From Planctopirus limnophila DSM 3776 (lineage in GTDB: Bacteria; Planctomycetota; Planctomycetia; Planctomycetales; Planctomycetaceae): a stretch of 32,000 nt of DNA. Positions 24,482 to 32,000 of this stretch are shown piece by piece. A program made the translations under genes and the position numbers. Position 1 is the first letter of the stretch; each line of letters begins with the position of its first letter. The DNA lies in assembly GCF_000092105.1 (NCBI RefSeq), contig NC_014148.1, positions 3,270,001 to 3,302,000 of the forward strand. The letters are read 5' to 3'. The notes beneath the pieces are model-generated. The model did no database searches, was not told where the DNA came from, and saw only the letters and a list, made by a program, of their open reading frames with translations.

Positions 24482-24997
24482 ATGCGTCTCTCTAACTCGG
24501 CGATCACCTTTTTGACGACACTGGGATTACTGACCATTGGCGTCATGCTGCTCGATATCCGGCAAAACGGTGTCAGTTACTGGATCTTCCCGACCTCTTA
24601 CAAGGGCTGTGGCACTTCTCACCTGCGGTTACTCACTGCCGAAGATTTCCCCTGGAATGAATCCGCCCGCTGCCGACTGATTCACACCAACTCGCCTGAG
24701 GAAATCGTGCAGGAGGCCATCGACACGAAACATTCATTCCCAGAATGGAAAACGCTACAACCGCCAGGGCAATCGACACTTTTGCAAGGATCTGTTTCGG
24801 TCGATGGACGCATGATTTTCCCATTTCTGGTGCGATCCAAGAAGATTTTCCAAGAGAAACAAGCGATCGTGCGCCTTGATGTACCTGGAGAAGCATCGCG
24901 AGTGTATGTAGTGACTGTTGATTGGGGCCTTCGTGGAAACCGCGCCACCGCCACACTTTCGAAAGATTCGAAGTATTACAATCTGCCGGAAATGTGA
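24482..24997 (+). CDS. hypothetical membrane-anchored protein
   Basis: ATG start and N-terminal TM helix ITFLTTLGLLTIGVMLL. No motif recognised. The overlapping minus-strand ORF looks non-coding. Confidence 0.55.
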   Translation: MRLSNSAITFLTTLGLLTIGVMLLDIRQNGVSYWIFPTSYKGCGTSHLRLLTAEDFPWNESARCRLIHTNSPEEIVQEAIDTKHSFPEWKTLQPPGQSTLLQGSVSVDGRMIFPFLVRSKKIFQEKQAIVRLDVPGEASRVYVVTVDWGLRGNRATATLSKDSKYYNLPEM

Positions 24998-25069
24998 CAG
25001 AAGCCGACAGACTTGTCACAATTGGCAATGAGATTTTGATTGGTACTTGTTGCGGATATTGGCAAGCGA

Positions 25070-26911
25070 ATGTCGACCTACGATTTTGATGTGCTCGTGA
25101 TTGGCGCCGGTCATGCAGGGTGCGAAGCAGCACTGGCAGCGGCTCGGCTCGGTGCGCGAACCGCCCTCCTCACCATGAATTGCGATACCGTCGGCCAGAT
25201 GAGCTGCAATCCCGCAATTGGCGGTGTTGCCAAAGGTCAGATTGTTCGTGAAATCGACGCCCTCGGCGGCGAAATGGGCAAAGTCATCGACGCCAACGGC
25301 CTGCAGTTCCGCATGCTCAATCGCAGCAAAGGGCCCGCGATGCACTCGCCGCGAGCCCAGGCCGACAAAAAGCTCTATCAGTTCGACATGAAGCGGCGAA
25401 TTGAAGAACAACCCCATCTCACGCTTCGACAAGAGACCACAGAACGGCTCCTTGTGGAGCATGTTCCCGGTAACCGACCACAGCTGACAGGCGTGCTGGT
25501 GCGCGGAGGTGCCATTTACAGGGCTCGTGCCGTCGTTCTCACCACAGGGACATTCCTGCAAGCCATTATGCATACCGGGGAAGCTAAAACTCCCGGCGGA
25601 CGGGCCGGTGATGGCACAACGGGAACACTTTCCGATTCACTTCGCGAACTCGGCTTTCAGCTCGAACGCTTCAAAACCGGCACACCCGCCCGGCTTAATG
25701 GCCGCACGATTGACTACAGCGTCATGCAGGAACAGCCCGGCGACGACGCCCCCCAGCCTTTCTCATTCATGACGACCAAACTCCACCAGCAGCAGCTCAG
25801 TTGCTGGCTGACCGAAACCAACGAATCGGTCCACGAGGTCATCAGGGCCAACCTGCACCGCGCGCCGATGTATTCGGGGCAGATCAACTCGCGCGGACCG
25901 CGCTATTGCCCATCAATTGAAGACAAAGTCGTCCGCTTTGCCGATAAGTCTTCGCACCACATTTTTCTGGAGCCCGAGGGTTACAACACCCGCGAAATCT
26001 ACTGCAATGGCATCTCGACAAGCCTGCCTCGCGATGTTCAGGATCAGATGATTCATAGCGTCAAAGGCCTCGAAAAAGCCGAAATCATGCGCTATGGCTA
26101 CGCAGTCGAATATGACTACGCACCGCCGACACAACTTTTGCCGTCACTGGAAACCAAGTCTGTGAAGGGGCTCTACTTCGCCGGGCAGATCAATGGGACC
26201 ACTGGCTATGAAGAAGCGGCTGGTCAGGGCCTGCTGGCAGGGATCAATGCCGCGCTGGCGCTGCAAAGCCGGGAACCATTGATCCTGGATCGCAGCGAAG
26301 CCTATCTGGGCGTGCTCACTGACGATCTTGTCACCAAAGGCGTTGATGAACCCTACCGGATGTTTACCTCACGGGCCGAGTTTCGCCTCGTTTTGCGCCA
26401 TGATAACGCCGACCTCCGGCTGACTGCCAAAGGACGTGATGTGGGGCTAGTGGATCAGGAGCGGTGGACGGCGTTTGAACAGTACACGCAAGACCTGCAG
26501 GCAGGCCGTCAGCTACTGTGCAAAGAGCGATTCGAAGGAGCCACACTCGAAGAAATCCTTCGCCGACCCGAAACGACATGGCAGACGTTAAAAGAACTTT
26601 CACCCGTCGTGGCTGCACAGGCGATTTCTACGCGAGCGGCTGAGCAACTGGAAATCGAAACCAAGTATGCAGGCTATATCCGCAGACAGGATAGCGACAT
26701 TGAAAAAGCCTCCAAGCTGAGCAATGTCCGCATTCCGACAGCCTTCGATTACCACGCGATTCAACATCTTCGCAAAGAAGCCAAGGAAAAACTCTCCCGC
26801 ATCCAACCCGCCGATCTTGGGCAGGCCGGCCGCATCAGCGGCATCACCCCGGCTGATCTCTCCATCGTGCTGCTGCATATTAAAGAACGTGATCGACTGA
26901 CAAGTGCCTGA
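25070..26911 (+). CDS. mnmG: tRNA uridine 5-carboxymethylaminomethyl modification enzyme MnmG (GidA)
   Basis: FAD-binding N-terminus YDFDVLVIGAGHAGCEAALAAARLG plus family-wide similarity through the C-terminus. ATG at 25070; the track TTG is at 25040. Confidence 0.95.
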   Translation: MSTYDFDVLVIGAGHAGCEAALAAARLGARTALLTMNCDTVGQMSCNPAIGGVAKGQIVREIDALGGEMGKVIDANGLQFRMLNRSKGPAMHSPRAQADKKLYQFDMKRRIEEQPHLTLRQETTERLLVEHVPGNRPQLTGVLVRGGAIYRARAVVLTTGTFLQAIMHTGEAKTPGGRAGDGTTGTLSDSLRELGFQLERFKTGTPARLNGRTIDYSVMQEQPGDDAPQPFSFMTTKLHQQQLSCWLTETNESVHEVIRANLHRAPMYSGQINSRGPRYCPSIEDKVVRFADKSSHHIFLEPEGYNTREIYCNGISTSLPRDVQDQMIHSVKGLEKAEIMRYGYAVEYDYAPPTQLLPSLETKSVKGLYFAGQINGTTGYEEAAGQGLLAGINAALALQSREPLILDRSEAYLGVLTDDLVTKGVDEPYRMFTSRAEFRLVLRHDNADLRLTAKGRDVGLVDQERWTAFEQYTQDLQAGRQLLCKERFEGATLEEILRRPETTWQTLKELSPVVAAQAISTRAAEQLEIETKYAGYIRRQDSDIEKASKLSNVRIPTAFDYHAIQHLRKEAKEKLSRIQPADLGQAGRISGITPADLSIVLLHIKERDRLTSA

Positions 26912-26938
26912 GTGAAGAGGTAAAGCCCATCGATCAAA

Positions 26939-27685
26939 TCAGGGTTTCATAGAGGAATCACCTGTCTTCAGCAAGTAGTGGTGCGCATAACGAAAGTTGG
27001 TCTTCGAATCACCGCGAAGATAGCTCACCCACTCTGGCTTCGTCTCATGCCGCAACCATGCCAGATGCGCCAGGGCATAGCCATACATGGGAGGTGTCAT
27101 ATATTCAGGACGAATGTGACTCGTCCCAGGCCATCTGGAGTTCCGACTCTCCCAATTTCTGGGACTATTTGCCAGAAATAGCCCAAATCCATGAAACAGA
27201 GCATTGAGATCTGTCAGAAGCTCGTTGTCGTACTCATCACCTTGTACACGGTATTCACCCATCAGTCGCAAGTGAGATAGTTCGTGAGCCATGGTGCCAA
27301 TCAAATCCACAGCCTGAGTCAGATCGCTGATCTCGATATGTATTTTCGCTTTACCAGTTTTCTGCTCATATAAACCAGCAGCTCCTGGAGGGAGATACTT
27401 CCCTTGCTGGTTGACCAGCCAAAGAGGATTCTCAATCTTAAATGTTTTGAGGATGACTCGCTCAGAATCGACATCCATGTAGCTGCATACTTGATGAAAA
27501 AGACGCTTGACTCCATCTGGCGACTGAAGATTCATCTCTGGGAAAAAGTCATCCGTGGGAAGAATCACGGCACGACGGGTAAACACATCCTTCCCAAATT
27601 GACGGGTCAACCAGATGAGACGTTGTTCGACCCATGCTTTTGCATGAGGATCAACCGGACACCAGGGTTTGAACCAACCAAACAT
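26939..27685 (-). CDS. hypothetical HExxH protein (putative zinc metallopeptidase-like)
   Basis: The single motif TMAHELSHLRL lies at about 27272-27289 on the minus strand. No signal peptide is obvious and no family is recognised. ATG at 27685. Confidence 0.65.
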   Translation of the reverse strand: MFGWFKPWCPVDPHAKAWVEQRLIWLTRQFGKDVFTRRAVILPTDDFFPEMNLQSPDGVKRLFHQVCSYMDVDSERVILKTFKIENPLWLVNQQGKYLPPGAAGLYEQKTGKAKIHIEISDLTQAVDLIGTMAHELSHLRLMGEYRVQGDEYDNELLTDLNALFHGFGLFLANSPRNWESRNSRWPGTSHIRPEYMTPPMYGYALAHLAWLRHETKPEWVSYLRGDSKTNFRYAHHYLLKTGDSSMKP

Positions 27686-27853
27686 CACTCTTCCCTACTG
27701 ATCGAGTAGACTTCTCCTTCACGTTCGGCATACGAAGAGTTAAATGTTTCCGGGACAAGAAATCCAGTTCTCGCTGAATTTGTGACTCACAGGTCTATAA
27801 AGCGTCAAGATTTAGTCGCTGCGATTGAGATTTGAGGTTCATTCTGGGATTAC

Positions 27854-30800
27854 CTACCTTTCACCCCAAAGCTCCTTCAGCACAGGCACTAAACTGGGAT
27901 CATGCTGAACAAGTTCTTCGCGGTTGAATGGGAAGAAATCATTCGTTGAGAAGTAGGCTTCGCTCGACTCGGAGAAGTATTCCATCGGACTGGTCATCGC
28001 ATAAGCTCTGGTCTTTACTGAACGACCATTACCAAATCTCTGTTCGACCTGCTCATACTTTCCTGATTCTTTGGCAGCCTCATAGGCACGAATGATTTCA
28101 GCATTTGCATAGCCCCCCGTCAGCACGCGGTCATGGTAAGCATGTGCCAGTTCATGCAGGGTGATATTGGGCATGCGACGAGACTCCTCTTCAAAAATGA
28201 GCACGTTGGTGAATTCAACCGCGCGGGCCATTTCGGGAAGTCGATTGTTCGCCACCAGCCATTGACGACTGGGGTGATACACAGCCTTGGGAGGAATCCC
28301 CTTATATTCTGGCGACAACCATATTGTGACTTTCTTCAGCTCCTGTACTGCCATAGGCGGTACCACCTGCACGACTTCTTTGAGTTGTGCCTCCAGAAGT
28401 TCCAGTGCCTTCTTCAGCTTCTCGGAATTCTCGACCTTGAGTTGCCGATGAATGCGAACTGTCCAGCCTTGAATGAAAGCCTCATCGTAGGCTTCAACCC
28501 CGGATTTTTCTTTCTCCACAGGTTCCTTCGAAGCTTGCGAAATGCCTGACTGGGTCTTGTCTGCAACCGCTACTGGAACAGGTGCTTTTTCACTTGCCGG
28601 GGAACTCTTTAGAGGGAGCTTCTCATGGATATAATTCGTCATGAGCTGATAGAGATGAAAGTTCGTTCCCCGCCCTTCACTGATACTATGCGACCGGCTG
28701 GGATAGGGCATGACTGAAAACTGCTTTCCATGCGCAATCAATTCGTTCATCAACTGCTCGGTTGCCTGATAATGGCAATTGTCGTCGCCCGTCCCATGAA
28801 TCAGCAGCAGATCACCTTGCAGTTGTTTCGCAAACGTCGTCGGCGAGCCCTGCTTGTATCCCTCCTGGTTATCGCCTAATAACCCCATATAGCGCTCCTG
28901 ATAGATCGTATCGTAGAGCTTCTGATTAGGCATTGGCGCGACAGCAATCGCCATCTTGTAAATCTCGGGATAGCGGAAGAGTGCATTGAGGCTCATACTG
29001 CCACCACCACTCCAGCCCCAGATCCCTACGCGGGCAGGATCTGCAAAGGGCCACTTCGCCAACAGGGCTTTGACAGCCAGTGCCTGCTCTTGTGAGGCGA
29101 GAAGCCCGATCTGCTTATAAACGCATTTGCGGAAGTCACGCCCGCGGGGAGACATGGTGCCGCGATTATCAACAGCCGCGACGATATAGCCCTCCTGGGC
29201 CAGCATGCTGTACCAGAAGCCGCGTTTCCCCATCCAGACATCACGCACCACCTGCCCATGCGGCTCTCCATAGACATGCAGGAATAGAGGATGCTGCTTT
29301 TCACCTTTTGTGTGTGCCGGTGCAAACCGCCAGCCATCGAGTTCAATGCCATTTCCAATATCAACCCGGAAGAGTTCCGGCTGCGGGAACTTCCACTGTG
29401 CCAGCTTGTCTTTAAGCACCTGATTATCAGCGAGCGTACGAACGACCTCATGGCTGGGAAGTCGAACAACTTCAGTTAGCGGAGGGGTCGTCAGATTCGA
29501 GAAAGTATGGATCGCAACTTCAAAGGAGGGTGCGATCTGATAGGTATGCCAGCCGGATTGCCCGGCGGGAGTCACCCGCTGAATTTCGCCACCTCGAAGG
29601 GGCACCTGATACAGATAGCGCTGAGTCGGATTCTCCGGCGAAGCAGCGAAGTAGAGAATCCCTTTGGTCTCATCGATGGCTTCGACATCAATCACATCGA
29701 AGGATCCCCTAGTGATGACCTGAAGTTCGCCACTTTCCAGATTCGCACGGTAGACGTGCCTCCAGCCCGAACGCTCACTGATCCAGAGGAATTCCTTGCC
29801 GCCTGCCAGCCATTTGACGGGATTGTCGTTCTCAATCCAGGTCTCTTCGACTTCTGTCATCACCGTACGAAGTTTTCCGGAAGTCACATCGACCAGGAAG
29901 ACGATATTGCGGTTCTGCGGACGATTCATCTGTTGAATCAGGAGTTGGCCACCCGCCGGTGTCCATTCGACCTGCGGGATGTAGTGCTCGCGAGGATCAC
30001 CGGGGAGTTCAATCCAGGTGGGCTTGCCACCAGAGATGTTGACCACACCAACACGCGTCGATGAATTCTTTTCACCCACTTTCGGGTAAGGGAATGTGAT
30101 CACCTTGGGATAGTTCTGCTGGCCATGATCAATCATGGTGAAGCGTGGCACACCGGTCGTATCAAACTGATAAAAGGCAATCGACTGGCTATCCGGACTC
30201 CAGCGCCAGCCATCTCGAATCGCGAGTTCCTCTTCGTTCACCCAATCGGAAGTCCCATTGATCAACGTCTCCGAACCATCCGTGGTTAAAGGAGTCACCG
30301 TCCAGTCCGTCAGTGATTGAACATAGAGGTTATGAGCATAGACGAAAGCGACTTTCGTTTGATCGGGAGAGATCTTGGCAAACATCATCTGCGCGGGGGG
30401 AGTTGTCCCGCCCAGCTTGGTCAACTTCTGCTGTTTGAGATCAAACAGCCAGTAGTCGCCACGAGTATTCTGCCGCCAGACTTTCTGGCTGTTGGTATAG
30501 ATCAGCAGTTTTGATTCGTCCTGGGTGAACTGAAAACGCTGCACGGCCAGTGGCTGTTCGCTTCCTGGTGGAATGAGCAGGTTCCCTGCAATGACAACTT
30601 CTTTCGCCCCCGTCTGGATGTTAATCCGCATCAGGCTGACAAACTTCGCCTGAGGATTCTCTTTCTCGAATGAAAAATAGCTGTTCGAGAGCCGGCTCCA
30701 TTGGAAGCTCCCCACACGTTGTTCGTCGAAATCTTTCGAGTTAAAAATTCGATCGAGGGTGAGTTTCTCAGCCGGATTGTCGGCAGCAGAGACCCGATGG

Positions 30801-30874
30801 CCAGGAGAGAACTGCATGGAAAGAACGACAGCACTCGCAACCACTGCTGATAAATAGAGAGAGCGATAATTCAT
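27854..30874 (-). CDS. dipeptidyl-peptidase IV (S9B) family serine peptidase fused to a C-terminal MtfA-like HExxH domain
   Basis: Signal peptide. DPPIV N-terminal propeller region. Catalytic triad context GWSGGG, GTGDDNCH and SRSHSI. An extra C-terminal region of about 260 aa carries LHELAHAYHD and SPMEYFSESSEAYF. ATG at 30874; the track GTG is at 30883. Confidence 0.9.
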   Translation of the reverse strand: MNYRSLYLSAVVASAVVLSMQFSPGHRVSAADNPAEKLTLDRIFNSKDFDEQRVGSFQWSRLSNSYFSFEKENPQAKFVSLMRINIQTGAKEVVIAGNLLIPPGSEQPLAVQRFQFTQDESKLLIYTNSQKVWRQNTRGDYWLFDLKQQKLTKLGGTTPPAQMMFAKISPDQTKVAFVYAHNLYVQSLTDWTVTPLTTDGSETLINGTSDWVNEEELAIRDGWRWSPDSQSIAFYQFDTTGVPRFTMIDHGQQNYPKVITFPYPKVGEKNSSTRVGVVNISGGKPTWIELPGDPREHYIPQVEWTPAGGQLLIQQMNRPQNRNIVFLVDVTSGKLRTVMTEVEETWIENDNPVKWLAGGKEFLWISERSGWRHVYRANLESGELQVITRGSFDVIDVEAIDETKGILYFAASPENPTQRYLYQVPLRGGEIQRVTPAGQSGWHTYQIAPSFEVAIHTFSNLTTPPLTEVVRLPSHEVVRTLADNQVLKDKLAQWKFPQPELFRVDIGNGIELDGWRFAPAHTKGEKQHPLFLHVYGEPHGQVVRDVWMGKRGFWYSMLAQEGYIVAAVDNRGTMSPRGRDFRKCVYKQIGLLASQEQALAVKALLAKWPFADPARVGIWGWSGGGSMSLNALFRYPEIYKMAIAVAPMPNQKLYDTIYQERYMGLLGDNQEGYKQGSPTTFAKQLQGDLLLIHGTGDDNCHYQATEQLMNELIAHGKQFSVMPYPSRSHSISEGRGTNFHLYQLMTNYIHEKLPLKSSPASEKAPVPVAVADKTQSGISQASKEPVEKEKSGVEAYDEAFIQGWTVRIHRQLKVENSEKLKKALELLEAQLKEVVQVVPPMAVQELKKVTIWLSPEYKGIPPKAVYHPSRQWLVANNRLPEMARAVEFTNVLIFEEESRRMPNITLHELAHAYHDRVLTGGYANAEIIRAYEAAKESGKYEQVEQRFGNGRSVKTRAYAMTSPMEYFSESSEAYFSTNDFFPFNREELVQHDPSLVPVLKELWGER

Positions 30875-30992
30875 ATCATGCACCTGAAGGTAGGATATTC
30901 TATAGGAAAGGTATCACGCCCAGGCCATCGGCAGGGAGTGAATCATGGGCAAGGAGTACAAACCGATTCACACGATTGCGACATGGATTGAA

Positions 30993-32000
30993 TTAAAACA
31001 CATCGACCAGGCGTGGCCCCCAGACATCAAACTTTGGTGCGATCCCCAGACCAGGCGCTTCACTCGCCTGCATGTAACCATCCACACGCATCGGTGCACC
31101 GTCGGCATTACTGACCGTGACATAGCTGTTAAAATCGGTACTTGTAAAGCGATAGTGCTCGGGTGTGCTATGAGCCAGATGTGCAATGGCAGCCGTGGTG
31201 ATATCGCCACCCCAACTGTCTTCCAGCGTCATGGCAATTCCCAGCGAAACACATAAATCGCGAATCTGTCGTGTTCTTGTCAGCCCACCCAGCTTACTGA
31301 TTTTCAGATTGACCGCATCCATCGCCAGATCGGCCTTCGCCCGCATGAACATACTCAAAGAGTCGATATTCTCATCGAGAATAAAGGGATGATCCGTCGC
31401 CCTGCGGACAGCGAGGCATTCTTCATAAGTCAGACAAGGCTGTTCGATATAAACATCCAGATCACGTACGGCCCGCACGACGCGAATCGCCTCATGCTGT
31501 GACCAGCCAGTATTCGCATCAGCCACCAGACGATCATCGCTATCGAGCATAGCTCGAACTGCGCGAATCCGTTCAATATCGGTATCCGGGTTCCCGCCCA
31601 CCTTGAGTTGAAAGCGGGTGTAGCCATCGGTCTTGTAGGCCGCGACCTTGCGGGCCATGACTTCCGGAGCTTCCTGAGAGATCGCTCGATAGAGCCGGAT
31701 TTTTTCGCCATAGCGCCCACCAAGAAGTGTGCAAACTGGCAAACCAGTGCACTTCCCCAATAAATCCCAGCAGGCAATATCAATCCCGGATTTCACATAA
31801 GCATGCCCTTTAAGGGCGGCATCCATGCGTTCATTGAGCTGGGAAATCTCCCGGGGGTCCCAACCCAACAGGTGCGGCCCTAGTTCCTTAAGCCCTGCCC
31901 TGACACCGTCCGCATACGCCGGCAGATAGAACGGCCCCAGCGGACAGACTTCGCCATAGCCGACATGGCCGGTATCGGTCTCCACTCCCACGAGTGTGCT
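30993..32000 (-). CDS. mandelate racemase/muconate lactonizing enzyme (enolase superfamily) protein, 5'-truncated by the window edge
   Basis: Motifs [35 protein letters not shown] and LKISKLGG. The reading frame stays open to base 32000, so the N-terminus is outside the window. Confidence 0.85.
   Translation of the reverse strand, partial: STLVGVETDTGHVGYGEVCPLGPFYLPAYADGVRAGLKELGPHLLGWDPREISQLNERMDAALKGHAYVKSGIDIACWDLLGKCTGLPVCTLLGGRYGEKIRLYRAISQEAPEVMARKVAAYKTDGYTRFQLKVGGNPDTDIERIRAVRAMLDSDDRLVADANTGWSQHEAIRVVRAVRDLDVYIEQPCLTYEECLAVRRATDHPFILDENIDSLSMFMRAKADLAMDAVNLKISKLGGLTRTRQIRDLCVSLGIAMTLEDSWGGDITTAAIAHLAHSTPEHYRFTSTDFNSYVTVSNADGAPMRVDGYMQASEAPGLGIAPKFDVWGPRLVDVF

Noticed and set aside
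24633-25133. 166-aa minus-strand ORF overlapping the 24482-24997 ORF and the mnmG start
   Set aside because: Its composition is not protein-like, and it would overlap the well-supported mnmG 5' end. The plus-strand ORF with an N-terminal TM helix is the better model.
30945-31256. 103-aa plus-strand ORF, and the 80-aa minus-strand ORF, at the 3' end of the enolase-superfamily gene
   Set aside because: Both lie inside or overlap the strongly supported enolase-superfamily CDS in other frames.

Overview
The window is mostly conserved housekeeping DNA of about 53-55% GC. Gene content and style suggest Planctomycetota, but that is an inference and no marker proves it. Clear genes are: an Hpt phosphotransfer protein, an LptF/G-type permease, tsaD, an S41 C-terminal processing protease, a LolD/LolE-like ABC pair, an orphan classical AAA+ ATPase, a redoxin, a GT-B glycosyltransferase, groES-groEL, an alpha/beta hydrolase, a YihY/BrkB-family protein, tpx, mnmG, a DPP-IV/S9 peptidase and a partial enolase-superfamily enzyme. 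I saw no rRNA, tRNA or CRISPR array. The non-ordinary part is an accessory islet of about 6 kb (about 15.3-21.6 kb), just downstream of the groEL terminator. It holds an orphan HNH-like nuclease gene and two diverged REP-RAYT-REP units in the same orientation; one has an in-frame TAG, and the other is flanked by a 63-bp direct duplication of the neighbouring hydrolase gene's 3' end. It also holds a secreted lipoprotein hydrolase, an Unstab_antitox/ParE-like TA pair whose toxin is frameshifted, and an ankyrin/Kelch-like protein. Secondary oddities are: a CT-only 8-bp degenerate repeat tract and a TGGCAG motif cluster upstream of groES, with no CIRCE; a structured 158-bp groES-groEL spacer; a DPP-IV peptidase fused to an MtfA-like HExxH domain; and a non-coding stretch of about 1 kb at 5150-6178. 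I could not run any database search. All family calls rest on motifs read from the translations.
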